A DNA stretch of 64,000 nt from Octopus vulgaris (lineage: Eukaryota): NCBI GenBank assembly GCA_951406725.2, contig OX597819.1:123442001-123506000 (forward strand), read 5' to 3'. The stretch's first letter is position 1. Each line of letters begins with the position of its first letter. Under the pieces are notes generated by a model. That model was not told the origin of the DNA and did no database searches. It saw nothing but the letters and a program-made list of their open reading frames with translations. Below are positions 32,735 through 58,754 of the stretch, one piece after another. A program made the translations under genes and the position numbers.

Positions 32735-33656
32735 CACAGGAGTGGCTGTGCGGTAGGTAGCTTGTTTACCAACCACATGGTTCTGGGTTCAGTCCCACTG
32801 CGTTGCACCTTGGGCAAGTGTCTTCTACTATAGCCTCGGGCCAACCAAAGCCTTGTGAGTGAATTTGGTAGACGGAAACTGAAAGAAGCCCGTCGTATAT
32901 ATGTATATATATATATATGTATGTGTGTTTGTGTGTCTGTGTTTGTCCCCCTAGCATTGCTTGACAACCGATGCTGGTGTGTTTATGTCCCCGTTACTTA
33001 GCTGTTCGGCAAAAGAGACCGATAGAATAAGTACTGGGCTTACAAAAGAATAAGTCCCGGGGTCGAGTTGCTCGATTAAAGGCGGTGCTCCAGCATGGCC
33101 TCAGTCAAATGACTGAAACAAGTAAAAGAGTAGAAGAGTATAAATATATATATATATATATATATATAAATAATGAGGGAGATAAATTAAGCTAACCCCA
33201 GCTTTCGTGCCAGTACAGACACGTGTGTAGCTTTACCGATTACACTAGTGATAAATTTGAAATTTTATCACTAGTGTAATCGGTAAAGCTACACACGTGT
33301 CTGTACTGGCACGAAAGCTGGGGTTAGCTTTTCCGCTTACATTACTATGAACGGATGCACTGAAGAAGCACGGACATTTGGATTGCATAAGTAATTCTCT
33401 TGTTAAGGCTGAAACCGAGGTATGCATTTAATTCTGTTTTTTATATAAATTTTCATCTGTCATGCCCGCCAAAATTGGTTCTGGTGTTCGCTGTATTTTT
33501 CCTCTAGAGAATTTCCTTGTAGTTTGACCGTTGATGGTCTATTTCTAGCATATGGCCGACTCCCTAGCAGTAAGCCCTGCCAATATACACATATATATAT
33601 ATATATATATATAGCTACTACACACATTTTTTTCTCTCCTTGTTTTTTCTGTGTAC

Positions 33657-33692
33657 CTTTCTGTAGAAGAGCGTAGGCTCGAAACGTAAAAG
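33657..33692 (+). ncRNA. Variant minimal hammerhead motif in a dispersed ~150-bp repeat (inverted copy 9441-9476; relative 5099-5133)
   Basis: CTTT-CTGTAGA-AGAGC gtag GCTC-GAAAC GTA^AAAG; core departs from CUGANGA. Confidence 0.4.
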
Positions 33693-34345
33693 ACTTTTTC
33701 TATTCCTAAGCGTTATACTAATACATCTGTTTGTTTTGTACACCACCTGTCTTCATCTTTTGTTTTTTTCGTAAACTTTCCATATATATATATATATTTG
33801 TGGGGTGATCTAAATTAAGTACCATATTCATTCGAATCTAAATTTTTGCTGAACTTATATATATATATATAAAGCATCAACAGATGGGATCGATGGCAAT
33901 TGATGTAGAATACAAACAGTAGTGCTAAAATGACTTGAACTTACACACCGATGTCTTTACCGGTGAATACATCATCAGAGTAAAGAGTGACTGGAAAGCG
34001 AATCCAAGTGAGCAGACATGCATACAATAATAAAAAAAAAACAGGTGGAAAGCTTGAGTCTTAATGTACCAAATACCCATGTATACATGCGAAAATAGAA
34101 AGGACTCTTAAAATTTTCAGTTATCTGGCATCTCTAATTACTGAGCTTCCATATCAAGTATTCTCTTGAATATAGCCCCAATCTTCATATATGTTTGCTG
34201 AACTACATCTGCGAATAGTGTGAATTAACAGCGTGTCTCCAGAAAGAACTGGTCGGACTTGTAATACTATAGCTTCAATCGCAAAATTTTGAATCTATGT
34301 AATATGAGGGAGCTTGCCCTACTAATATAAATATTAGTACTACTC

Positions 34346-34382
<37 letters not shown>

Positions 34383-34486
34383 TGATTGTTTATCATGTAT
34401 ATATAATGTGTACATTAAAACTGTTTTTATCTGTGTATCTGAATCTTTGTCTCTCTCTCTCTTTCTCTCCTTCTCTCTTCAAAAAA

Positions 34487-34548
<62 letters not shown>

Positions 34549-34839
34549 CATATAAACAGCACTTCGCAACGTAACACCAAAAAGGACAATCATAGCTGTC
34601 ACTAAATGTGACTAGGGTGTTAAAAAATGCTTCTAATGCTAGAAATAAGAACTAAAATGCTCTAAATCTGTAGTGAATGTGCATGAATGAAAACATAAAC
34701 TAACAGGGACCAGAATTGTCCGAGAAATGTAAAAAATGTCGGTCCGCATTTTACAATTACTGCCCCTGTTACACTATATGTTTTCATTGATGTGCGTTAA
34801 ATACAAAATCAGAGCATTTATATATATAAGGTAAGGCCT

Positions 34840-35230
34840 GCTGCACTTGCCCTTACCTCTCCAATACCACCATCTTCAAAGGCACCCATCATCGTCCCTA
34901 TCATATCACCAACTCCTTTACCTGTACTTTTAAAAACGTGATTTACTGCATCTCCTGCTCCTTCTGCCCTTCGTTCTACATCGGTAAAACGGGACGCCCA
35001 TTGGCTAACCTTTCGGGGAGCACCTCCGAGACATCATCGGCAATGACACTCCGGCCATGCACTATTTCCGCTCTACCGGTCATTCACCTGTCTGTGTTCG
35101 GATTGTCTTTGCACTGGGGGCCATCCGGGCTCCCGCATTCGCCGTGAACAAGAAAGTATTCTCTCTTCATTCCTTTGCATCACATGGACTTAACTCCCCA
35201 TCCTCTCCGCTCTTTATCTGATACCTGCTT
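34840..35230 (+). mobile_element. Penelope-like GIY-YIG fragment
   Basis: SFTCTFKNVIYCISCSFCPSFYIGKTGRPLA. Confidence 0.75.
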
Positions 35231-35305
35231 CCTCTCTTCATTCCTACCCACCTTCGCTCTTCTGCTTGCTCATATATCTGTCTTCGTCTTTTGTTTTTAT
35301 ACACG

Positions 35306-35345
<40 letters not shown>

Positions 35346-35552
35346 CGCGAATACATATGTGCGTGTGTGTGTGCTAATATGTTAATGTCTAGATAGTGGT
35401 CTATCAATGCTAAATTGTGCAATCAGTATAAACAAATAGAGCGGTATTTCACACTTAAACAGAAGACATTACATGTGTGATACAAAGAAAATTTAAGTCA
35501 ATATTTGTACTCGATATGTAACACTGATTTCCGTACCTCCTTATATTTTTAT

Positions 35553-46245
<10,693 letters not shown>

Positions 46246-47192
46246 CTGTTAGTAAAGAAGCACAAATAAAATGTCTCATTATATTCGGTATTTCCTTAAT
46301 ATTTGTTACAAAAGTAATTCGTTCGGAAAGCCAATAATTTAAATACTATTAACATTCAAGTATGAGGTTGGTGATTGCCTCCCGCATATATGTTGTCTCA
46401 CATACTTCAGTGGTTGACTCTGTTATTATATGTAAGATACAAAAGTAAATGTATGTCACAGTGGCCTACCCGGAATACTAGGGATATTATGTTGCTGTTG
46501 AGGGAAGTTATAATACATTGCATGATATATAGAAGCACGTATTATACTTTGTTTACAGTCGCGTGTTACAGAGTAAAGAGCAGAATGTCAGCTTTGCTTA
46601 ATAATTAATATTAAATCTTGTTTAGCCAATGACAATATTATCAAAAATTGAAGTCTAACAATGGAGACATATTTGCGAAAGGGATTTGACATGACACAGC
46701 GTGATAAAACAATGCCAACATCTACTGAAAGCCATATTTGCCGCTCAAAAACACACAAAGGCTCTTAACTTTAATAAAACATCATTTGGTGTCAAAAGTT
46801 AGTGTCGCATTAATGGCGACCTGCACACTCACGTAAACCTGTTGGTTCAAAAGTTACGATTCACAGTAGAATACTTATTGAAAATAATACAAAACCTTCA
46901 ACTTTGTACAACAAAGCCATGGAAAAAAACATAGTAACTGAATTCTCGATGCAAAAAATAATGATAATCTTTTCTTGCAAACGTACAATTCAAGAAACTT
47001 TTAGAGAGGGGACTATTTGATCGCATTGACCCCAGCATTCAGATGCTGCTTATTTTGTCGATACCGTAAATCGCTCCAGAGTGTATTGAAATATGATATC
47101 TGATTGAACTAAGAGTACAGCATAAGCGAGCCGACCATAAATACAGTAAATGAATCTATAAAATACAACAAAACATAATATAACTCTCCAGA

Positions 47193-47605
47193 AGGCGGCG
47201 AGCTGGCAGAAACGTTAGCACGCCGGGCGAAATGCTTTGCGGTATTTCATCTGCCGTTACGCTCTGAGTTCAAATTCCGCCGAGGTCGACTTTGCCTTTC
47301 ATTGTTTTGGGGTTGATAAAATTAAGTACCAGTTACGCACTGGGGTCGATATAATCGACTTAATCCGTTTGACTGTCATTGTTTGTCCTCTCTGCGTTTA
47401 GCCCCTTGTGGGTAATAAAGAAACAGGTATTTCATCTGCCGTTAGGTTCTGGGTTCAAATTCCGCCGAGGTCGACTTTGCCTTTCATCCTTTCGGGGTCG
47501 ATAAATTAAGTACCAGTTATGCACTGGGGTCGATATAATCGACTTTATCCGTTCGTCTATCCTTGTTTGTCCTCTCTGCGTTTAGCCCCTTGTGGGTAGT
47601 AAAAA
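47193..47605 (+). mobile_element. Same SINE family, dimer
   Basis: TSD ataatataactctccag; empty site at ~16150-16170 in unit 1. Confidence 0.9.
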
Positions 47606-48974
47606 AAAAATATAATATAACTCTCCAGGCAAGAAATAAAAATACATTTAAAGACAAAGAAATTGAAAACACGAATTATAGTAGAAAATTAACAGAAGGG
47701 AGTGTCTATAAGAAACAGGAAAACAAAGTGTGCAGTGCAATATATGCATAAATATTTAGTTTTATTGCGTTGACGTTAGCTATAAGAATAGGCACAAGGC
47801 TAGAAATGTTGTTACTCATTATACGAAATATTTTAAGAATCTAAAACCATCTCTGCAACATAAGTAATGTATGTTCTGAGACTGGAGGAAATCAGTTGAA
47901 AAATATGACCGTTATAATATTTTACATACACACACACACACACACAGAGAGGACGTGATGTATATTATAGGTAAAGACAAAATATAATAGTGACAGGGTG
48001 ATTCGAACAAGCATCAACCTGACAGAGCATTCCCAGTCGCACCACGTATGAGAAATTGCATGTACATCCCTTTTGTCTCATGCAGCAGTTTCCAATAGCT
48101 ACCAGTGCTATTTCAGAACAAATAAATAAATGATAAATAATAAATAAATAAATAAATAAATAAATAAAGGAATAAACGCGAATCCCTTGTTCAATCTCTG
48201 GCGGGGGAAGTTATAAAAGAATTTGCATGCATTGCACACGATTCTAACAAAAAGAAAAATACAAGTTTCAAAGAAATACATTTTCAGTGTGAGGATTATT
48301 GTTGGTACAACCACAACTACCAAAAAAAGATATGCGATGGACTTGGAGAATATGTTTATTGAAATTGGGGAGAACAATGGATGATAGGGTACGAAGGACA
48401 GGTAAGTGATGCTAACGGATGGGGCCTTTAGTATCGCTTTCATATTATCATTTTTTTCACTTAACAATTCATCTTTCATTAATTTTAATTATAATGTTCT
48501 ATGTCCCCATGTCTTTTGGTGTCCCCCTCTGTGTCGCCCCTAGTGGGTAATAAAGAAACAACAACCACAACTACCAAACAGTACGATAGCAACCAGCAAC
48601 AAGACCACAGAGGTCGCATAACATGCGAAAAAAGGATGCTACATGTTTTACTGGAGCTGCTAGAAATATCAGCCAAATCTTCGTAATATGGTACGTTATT
48701 TCTTAAATACTTTGGCAAGCTGGAAAGGATATGACTGAAGACAATAATAGACGTGACGTCCACGAACACAATATATTTTGGTCATAGATCTTTTTATTAA
48801 TCGCTCATGTAAATTAAACGACAATAATAACTATTTCAAGGTCGTATACCACCTATGTTCGAGTGGAATTTCCCGCAGAATAGATTCGATATTACTGATG
48901 TGATGAAAGTTTAAAATAAGTTATATTCAAACTGAAAGGTAATTAATGTTAGTCCTATATGTCTAGGGGTTAAT

Positions 48975-49356
48975 TGGAACCACTCCGTCGGTTACGACGA
49001 CGAGGGTTCCGGCTGATCCGATCAACGGAACAGCCTGCTCGTGAAATTATCGTGTAAGTGGCTGAGCACCCCACAGACACGTGTACCCTTAACGTAGTTC
49101 TCGGGGATATTCAGCGTGACACAGAGAGTGACAAGGCCGGTCCTTTGAAATACAGGTACAACAGAAACAGGAAGTAAGAGTGAGAGAAAGTTGTGGTGAA
49201 AGAGTACAGCAGGGATCACCACCATCCCCTACCGGAGCCTCGTGGAGCTTTAGGTGTTTTCGCTCAATAAACACTCATAATGCCCGGTCTGGGAATCGAA
49301 ACTGCGATCCTACGACCGCGAGTCCGCTGCCCTAACCACTGGGCCATTGCGCCTCC
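48975..49356 (-). mobile_element. SINE family 2 copy
   Basis: Sequence match; TSD ggggttaatt. Confidence 0.9.
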
Positions 49357-49454
49357 ACTGGGGGTTAATTACAATAGTTCTCTATGTAAAAATTCATCAA
49401 CAAAGTGAAAACAAAAACATCAATTATAAATTTGTTACTAGAGATGTAACTTAC

Positions 49455-49474
49455 CTCGAAATTCTGAATGAGAG
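49455..49474 (-). other. Paralog B 20-nt upstream micro-exon (probably 5' UTR)
   Basis: gtatgtttttcag|CTCTCATTCAGAATTTCGAG|gtaagt. Confidence 0.65.
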
Positions 49475-49832
49475 CTGAAAAACATACGACAAAATGGAAT
49501 AGCCTAGTGTGGTCAACTTTTTCAATGTTTGAGCTAAAATGCAGCCGCCGTATGTGGTATATGGAAACCGTAAACACACAGCCTCTGCATAAATTTCTGA
49601 TTTATAGCTATAATGCAAACAGGTTTCAGGTGTGCAATGGCACGTTCATTGTTATAGTTTTACTATTAGAGTTTAGCACTAATTTATGACAGACACGTAG
49701 TTCGAAAAATAACAGAGGAAATGTTGGAAAATTAGGAAAAACGAATATTAAATCATTTGATAATGGGAACAAAACCCCATTTAGTAAATTCTATCTGGGA
49801 ACATATAATACAATGTATTATATATTTTTATA

Positions 49833-50248
49833 TATTTCTTTACTACCCACAAGGTGATAAACACAGAGGGGACAAACAAGGACAGACAAACGGATTAAGT
49901 CAATTACTTCGATCCCAGTGCGTAACTGGTACTTAATTTATCGACCCCGAAAGGATGAAAGGCAAAGTCGACCTCGGCGGAATTTGAACTCACAACGTAA
50001 CGGCAGACGAAATACGTATTTCTTTATTACCCACAAGGGGCTAAACACAGAGGGGACAAACAAGGACAGACATAGGTATTAAGTCGATTACATCGACCCC
50101 AGTGCGTAACTGGTACTTAATTTATCGACCCCGAAAGGATGAAAGGCAAAGTCGACCTCGGCGGAATTTGAACTCACGACGTAACGGCAGACGAAATACC
50201 GCAAAGCATTTCGCCCGACCTGCTAACTTTTCTGCCAGCTCACCGCCT
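49833..50248 (-). mobile_element. Same SINE family, dimer
   Basis: Two units with one head. Confidence 0.88.
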
Positions 50249-50599
50249 TCGGATCGTGTCGTTCGCGAGAGGAGACTCAATAGATCGCTGTGTGGTAGCT
50301 ATCATCAGCCAGGTTTTTCGTTGTCCACCACATTGCTTTCGCCAACCCTGAAGGGGAGCTGGGGCAACTGCTTCGTATATATATATGCATCTAATGTAGG
50401 ATAAAATTTTCCGAAAAACTTTTTTATCAATGGCCAGCATATTAAAAAATACCTTTAAAGGTTAAATTTATAAACAGCTTATCAACAAGGGCAAAAGAAA
50501 AAATTTCTAATGCCAACTATGCTGAAACTAGACACAACGTCCATAACCATATAATTTATCACTATAAGCACGCTTCGAGAAGTTGTACATATTTATATA

Positions 50600-50648
<49 letters not shown>

Positions 50649-51848
50649 ATATATGTTTGTGTGTGTATGTATATATGTATATCAATCTTCGCCCTTGTAT
50701 ACGTGAATGTAATCCAGAAAGATATAAGAAATTATCGCGCGAACGTCGAAAAATAACTGGGGAATCAGAAGGAATATAATTTATTATGATATTCAAATAA
50801 CGAAAACAGATAACATGCATGATCAGATGCATTTGTAGTCATAAAACGAAATGAATGAAATAATATTCTCGCCTTATATATACATAATTTTACAGACGCT
50901 TCCGTTTAGTAGGCGAATTGGCCTGTTCGTTATTACATAGTACCAATGCAGCATTAATTTGTGGTTTTCCATATCCTGTATATGGATGAAAATAGAATTA
51001 TTTGTGTTATAAATTCAAGTCATGATATTGCCCACACGAATTATCGTTATTGAATTCAAACAGTAAATTCTCTGCTGGTCTTTACGCATATATCTGGAGA
51101 TGGAAAGGAATCTTGTTTAATATAATTTGGTCTGTACTTGCTTTTGCGTATTTATTATCACAATGAAGTAACAAGAAAAACGAGCGAATATGTCGTCTTA
51201 CATAAATGGATATAGTTTTATTATAAAAAAGAAACAGTTTGAATAAATAACTAATAAACTTTGAAGCTCTGTGTATAAGTCATAATAACGAAATTCAGGA
51301 ATAGATAGGTAAATGGCAACACTCATAGAAAAACCTTCAATGAAAAGGCTTTCACATTCTCACATTGTATAGCTTTCATTTTGTTGGCTTTTTTTACTTT
51401 CTTTCACAATGGTTCGTACATTTGATTTTCTGAATGGAAAAGTTTGAGCTCAGTTTATTGGTGAACAAATTCTCACTATACATGCTACTATTACCTTTTT
51501 CTCTTCATTTCATATCATATTGTGCTTGCTCTCTTTAATAATGGAGTAATCATTTAGAATACCGGAGTATAAGGAATTTCTTAACCTTTTCTAAAATAAC
51601 GATGAAAAATGTAATCTAATTATAACATAATTATTCAATTTCTTTTAATGCGTTCGTTTATGATTTAATAGATTTGAAATTCGTGAAATTATTTCACATA
51701 TTTTAAAATTTATTTGTAAACTGATGTGGCAAATTTTTATGATTTCGTTCTCTAAACTTTTTTATTAACCGTTTCCTGTTTCATTTATTTCGAAAACGAA
51801 GATAGGAACGGTGAAATTCTGAGGCAAGTAAATTAAAATTAAGTTTAA

Positions 51849-51918
<70 letters not shown>

Positions 51919-52048
51919 GTTTAAATATTTGTTTCGCAAAAAACCTAGCCTGACTAGAGAACTAGAATGGAGCACTAGCACACACCATAACATATGACGA
52001 TAGAGGATCCCGAAAACACAATAAATACACAGATAAATAAACAAATAG

Positions 52049-52086
<38 letters not shown>

Positions 52087-52934
52087 CGATTTTTTTCGAT
52101 TCGATTTATTATTATTATTACTAGTATTGTTGTTATACATACATACATACAAGCATATGTAATGATAATAATAAGTGGATAATAAACACATGAACAAAAT
52201 AAGAATAAATAAAAACAAACAACAACAAAAACAAAATACAAATTACATGAACGTATATAAACAGAGCATACAAATATTACAGGCATCCCCCCACATACAC
52301 ACACTAAATAAACATAGACTCTAATTCTTCCAATAACCTCACCACTCATCCCTCCATCTTCCTGTACTTACTCTCTTCCTGTTCTGCCTTTCTTCCACCC
52401 TCCCTCTTACCCCAATCGGGCTACCTACTTCATCATTCCAATACTGCTTGCTTTCCTCTTTACCCATTCTACCAAAAAAATTCCCTATCTCCTGACCTGA
52501 AAAGTTTGATTATTATCTCTCCGCCCTGAAAACATAAAGACGGAAGCCAGATCTATCCACTGTATATTTGACTCTCTCTATTACCGGTTGCATATTTTTT
52601 GTGAAATACATCTTCCAACATTATGAAGTCTCTCCGAGCTCCCAGAAACAGTTGTCGCACTTGTAACGCCATACGCAAGGTGTATGTACCCTTGAAGTTT
52701 TCCTAATATTTAGACAGATGGTAGCAGTAAAAAGCTAAAATTTTGTTGCTAATAAATGTTTTCATGGGAATCTTATGTTGAAAATATTACAAACACATCG
52801 TAGTGTAAATTCTAGCAAGTCGCAGATAGGCACATATACTTCATAATACCTGAATATGTGAGCATAATTATATTTCCCTTTCCCATCTTGGTTATGCTAG
52901 TTGCGTTATGTATGTATGTATATACGTATGTATG

Positions 52935-52995
<61 letters not shown>

Positions 52996-54242
52996 AAAGA
53001 AGGAAAATGCAATATGGTTTACATCATTTTTACATATTTTTCAATACATTTTATAATTGGAAGAGTATTGTTTTTGTCGACCGGTTTCACTTTCGCTAAC
53101 CATGACATTGAAATTATTGATTTCGCATTTTCTTAAAAAGATTTTAGTCCCAGTTCTGTATGGGATTTTGTGAATGAAATGAATCAACAGATAGAAAAAT
53201 CTAAGAGGATGTAATTGGTGATCCCTATGGTTCAGGACAGTGAAGGTAATTGTTTATTTTATGTTTAGGGAATAAATAGATATACAAAATCTCAAAAGCT
53301 AAGATAGTGAGATTAAATATTTACAGCGATATGTATGTGAACATGAATTATGATATATACTCGGATCAAAGTTGGTTATGCGTTCGTATTCAGCTGTGTT
53401 CTGCATTTTACGATAAATAAATTTTCTTTATTTAAAAGTTCTTCTTCAGAAATTAAATTCTGGATAAGAATGAAACTGGAAAATATATCTCGATGAATGC
53501 TTTGAGACCATTGATAAACTTTTGGAATTAAAACAATACTAAATAATATAAATCTTAACATTCAATTTACAACAGAATATAGCAAATAACAGCTCCCTTT
53601 CTAAGTTATTATGATACAAATGTCAACAGCTAAATCGTAACTGAGACTGTTCAGAAGCCAACGGCTTCAGTTAAGCAAAAAAGGATTTGCATAATCGTGT
53701 CTGTTATATTTCATGTGGTCAATTCAATGGTTGTTATATTCCATGTGGTTAAATTCAACAATATAACCAATCAAATATTTTTATCAAACGGGTAAATACT
53801 CATACAGATTATTAAGCAAGATAATGGAGCGGAAGCATACCAATTGTTAGTTTAACTCAAGTATTTTAATGACTACAATCTACAAAAACAATTAATCCTG
53901 CGCATGCCCCGTCTCCTTTCTTTCATCTTACTTTTTGACTTATATATTTTTTACTTTCAATTTATTTCTCATCCATTTCATATTTCTCATCCATTTCTCT
54001 CTGTTTTATAAAAAAATATATACAAAGTTTTCTCCAGTTCCGTTTTTCCTTTCTCTACTATATTTACTTCTAGGTTATTAACAATAAACATATAATGTCC
54101 TATAAAATAAATGAAACGTTTTAATATACAAGAGAGGAGGGAGATTTTAAATATATTGGAAAGTAAAAAATGGATTACGTTGGCGGAAGAAAGTAAGATA
54201 TATAATTGACGTCCATACAGTATACAACTGAATTATATAATA

Positions 54243-54637
54243 CTAGCAGTATTGCCCGGCGTTGCTCGGGTTTGTAAGGGAAATAACTATATAAGCATTT
54301 TTAGAGAAGTAAAGTATAATAGCCATCTCAATATGGCTAATCACAAAGGGGGGTGTTACTGTAGCTTTTTACGTTCTGAGATTTAATAATAAATTTTTAG
54401 AGAGTTACTTCCCTTATATATGCCAAAAATGCATTAAAAATGGGATAAATTGATGGTAAATTTTTTTTTAATCGTAGACTCATCGTAGACGCGCGCTAAT
54501 ACCCAGAAGGGCTCGATATGAATCACGACTATAAGATACCCGGTTTTGGTTAAACTGCACCGCAAAATGTGGGAGTAGTTAGGAATCTAAATCGTAGGAG
54601 ACAGACAGACACACAACCTTACTTTTATATATAAAGA
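54243..54637 (-). mobile_element. Non-autonomous Helitron
   Basis: 5' TC, 3' CTAG, subterminal hairpin CCCGAGCAACGCCGGG; inserted between A and T without TSD; empty site at ~30350. Confidence 0.85.
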
Positions 54638-55395
54638 TATATTAATACAGGTAATTAAAATAACCTATTTATTATTTCTTAACTCTAGAATAAAATATAT
54701 TGGTTCTTATATGATAAAGGCTTCAAAACCATCATCGCTTTAATAGATGTCAAGTATATATCTTACTTTCTTCCGCCACCGTAATCCAGCTTTTAGTATT
54801 CAATATTGTGTTAAATCTCCCTCCTCCCAACTATAATAAACCATTTCCCTTATGTTTTTGCTGATTCTCATCTATATATCAGTATTTCAATGTAGACTCT
54901 CTTTGTTGTCCATGTATGTATTGGGGCGATGAAATCAAAGTTCCTTTGATATTCATTGATCTTATGAGCAAGCATTTGCACTGGTATAAATTTATGAAAT
55001 ATATTCATTCAGTTACGTAAAATGATTTATTATTTATTTATTTATTTATTATACAATAAAATAAATTTCTTTCATATGATAAAGGCTGCGAAAAGGATCA
55101 TCGCTGTATGGATGGCAATTGGTGAAATAATTATTTCGCTTTATACTTACACTCTTTATGTTTTATATCCCTATATATAGATATGTTTGTGTGTGTTTAC
55201 GTGTGTGTGTGTGCGTGCGTGTGTGTGTATTTATATATGTATATATATTTATAACAACCCTGATCGACTTTATATACAGAACTCTCTTCATATCAACACA
55301 TGTAGTTGTAGCACTTAAAAGGACTAAGACCATGTAGTTCATATCGTTTGAGCAAATCTGTTTGCTGTATTGAGCTTCCGTAGATTTCATCTATT

Positions 55396-55502
<107 letters not shown>

Positions 55503-55735
55503 TCATCATCATCATCATCAACAGATAGGATCGAGAGAATATTAATATAGAACACACATAGTAGTGCTCAACTAACTTGAACTTACATTCCGATATCTTT
55601 ACCAGGGACTACGTCAGCAAGGTATAGCGTGGTTAGAAGGGGAATCCAAATGAGTAGAAATACATACGATGATTCAAATAAGCAGATAAAAATCTTGTGT
55701 ATTAATGTACAAAATATATATATATATACATATAT

Positions 55736-56133
55736 AGGCGCAGGAGTGGCTGTGTGGTAAGTAGCTTGCTAACCAACCACATGGTTCCGGGTTCAGTCCC
55801 ACTGCGTGGCATCTTGGGGTAGTGTCTTCTGCTATAGCTCCGGGCCGACCAATGCCTTGTGAGTGGATTTGGTAGACGGAAACTGAAAGAAGCCTGTCGT
55901 ATATATGTATATATATATATGTATGTGTGTGTGTGTTTGTCCCCCTAGCATTGCTTGACAACCGATACTGGTGTGTTTACGTCCCCGTTACTTAGCGGTT
56001 CGGCAAAAAGAGACCGATAGAATAAGTACTGGGCTTACAAAGAATAAGTCCCGGGGTCGATTTGCTCGACTAAAGGCGGTGCTCCAGCATGGCCGCAGTC
56101 AAATGACTGAAACAAGTAAAAGAGTAAAGAGTA
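55736..56133 (+). mobile_element. SINE family 3 (GGCGCAGGAGTGGCTGTGTGGTAAG head, internal (TA)n/(TG)n); other copies 4803-5416(-), 21716-22150(+), 32732-33135(+), 58100-58503(-), split copy 26320-26520/28230-28387(-)
   Basis: Multi-copy identity in the window, tRNA-like head with GGTTCAGTCCC B box. Confidence 0.88.
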
Positions 56134-56393
56134 ATATATATATGCGAAAAGACAAATTTTCAGTCATCTGGCATCTCTAATTACTGAGATTCCATATCAC
56201 ATATCCTGTTCAATATGGCACTAATCTTCATAATTGCTTGTTGAACTACATATGCTTACATTGAAAAGTAACACCTACTCCTCAGAAACAGCTTTGCTTA
56301 GAAAAGCCGTCGTGTTTGTAACACCACACCTCCCCAGATAAATTTTTGAATCTATGTAATTTGAATGAGCTTGCTGTACTAATATATATAACA

Positions 56394-56460
<67 letters not shown>

Positions 56461-56735
56461 CACCGTGATCACCATGACCGACCAGGCTATCAGATGTTGC
56501 CATACCTCGCTGGTCACAATGCGCTTCGCATTCTTTTAGCCTTCAAATGACCCCTACCCCGCTGACTAAGCGAGCAGGCCAACAGAAGAAAGAGTGAGAG
56601 AAAGTTGCTGCCCTAACCACTGGGCCATTGCGTCTCCACACACACACACATATATATATTGTTGTGTTTTATATATATTGTTATATATATATTGTTGCGT
56701 TGTTGTGTTTTGTCTTTGTGTTTTCATGTTTGGTT

Positions 56736-56790
<55 letters not shown>

Positions 56791-57264
56791 AAATAAGCAA
56801 CAATGATATCCAGAGGTAATGCAGTACGATCGTTTCATGCAACTCCATTTAATTGAACAATGCAATCATTACATCAATTTAAAATGCAGAGCAATCTACA
56901 GCTTCACGAAGACATAGAATTTAATTCCATTAGAACAGATGGACACATTAGTATAATTATACCTAAAATCTCCAAGAAGTTAAGGAAATAGATAAAAAAC
57001 ATGTCTCACTCCAGCATAGTCATCTGAATCTAAACTCATCTACCATATCCACAAGTACGGACACACACACATCTATATTCTTTTATTTGTTTCAGCAAAT
57101 CGATCCCAAGACTTATTCTTTGTAAGTCTAGTACTTATTCTATCGCATTCTGTTGCCAAACGGCTAAGTGACGGGGATATAAACACACCACCATCGGTTG
57201 TCATGCGATGTCTGGGGGACAAACACAGACACGGAAACATATACATATATACATATATGCATAC

Positions 57265-57365
<101 letters not shown>

Positions 57366-57392
57366 AATATATAGAAATATGTATATTATATA

Positions 57393-57483
<91 letters not shown>

Positions 57484-57679
57484 CCACACGAATATGTATG
57501 CGTGTTTGTGTGCTAATATGTTCATGCGTAAATTGTGGTTTATCTATGCTAAATAGTGTCAATCAGAATAAACAAATACAGCGGAGTTTCCCGCTTAAAC
57601 AGGTGAGAGTACATGTGTAATAGCAATAATGGTAAGTCAATATTTGTCGCATGTATAAAATACTGATTTCCATATCTCA

Positions 57680-57819
57680 TTATACTTTATTGACATAGGT
57701 ACATTGTCGAAATCTATTGAGATTAAAGTGCACTGAATATGGAATTTTCTTTTAGTATTCAAATCGATTCGAATGGACAATGCATTTCCAATTTCCATAT
57801 TTACGACTCACCCTGCAAA
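57680..57819 (-). CDS. Paralog C, 3' end only (micro-exon 57819-57805 and terminal exon 57732-57680); upstream exons expected beyond the window
   Basis: gtcttattttacag|TT TGC AGG GTG AGT C|gtaaat, 72-nt intron, ttccatattcag|TG CAC TTT...TAA, giving xCRVS-LHFNLNRFRQCTYVNKV*. Sequence at ~63275-63720 is homologous to paralog B intron 3 at ~38410-38600. Confidence 0.55.
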
Positions 57820-58754
57820 CTGTAAAATAAGACATTATTTGTTAATAGGAAAGTTCATGGAAATTTTGTTTGATTTTTGTGAAAATAATAGCGACCTTAA
57901 GAGTCTTTTTTTTATTTTTTCACAACATTAGTAATACGACAGGATTATACGAGATAGTCGAAATTATGTAGCAAACATCAGTATTATTAAAATTCGACAC
58001 ACGCACGGACACAAACATGGTTGGTAGAAAGTAATTAGCCATTAAAAATTGCTTATAGAATTTCAAGTATCACTAGTCATTCTTTCTTTTTTTTCTTTTT
58101 CATTTATTTGTTTCAGTCGTTTGACTGTAGCCATGCTAGAGCACCGGTTTTAGTCGAGGAAATTGACGCCAGGACTTATTCTTTGTAAGCGTAGTACTTA
58201 TTCTATCAGTATCTTTTGCCGAACAGCTAAGTTTACGGGGACATAAACACACCACCATCGGTTGTCAAGCGATGTTGGTGGGACAAACACAGACACATAA
58301 ATGCAGACATATATATATACATATATACATATACAAATATACGACGGGCTTCTTTCAATTTCCGTCTAACAAATCTACTCACAAGGCTTTGGTCGGCCCG
58401 AGGCTATAGTAGAAGACACTTGCCCAAGTTGCCACACAGTGTGACTGAACCCGGAACCATGTGGTTCGTAAGCAAGCTACTTACCACACAGCCACTCCTG
58501 CGCCACTCCTACGTACCACACAGCCACTCATGGGAAAAACATTTATTAAAGAGACAACATTAATGAAAATTTATTATTTTCTCATTGTCTTATTTCATAT
58601 TTCTTATTTTCCCCGATGGCCAGTCGTTTGACTGTTCAGATGTGAGCTAAGGTGGCAGCACGCTATGAAGTGTAGAATTCCTTTGTTTTATTCAGAGATG
58701 GTGATAGATATATGTCTTTTATGAGGAAGTCTAATGTAGGCGATTGCAGTGTAT

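Noticed and set aside
33945-34060. Possible first exon or terminal coding exon (minus strand; GTAAGT conserved at 33944 and 55586; frame YACLLTWIR...GKDIGV* / YVFLLIWIP...GKDIGM*)
   Set aside because: No conserved acceptor, a 1-nt indel upstream, and stops in the alternative frame of copy 2. The CTGATGA...CG(G/A)xxxGTAAG layout resembles a decayed Penelope hammerhead repeat. Unresolved, so not called.
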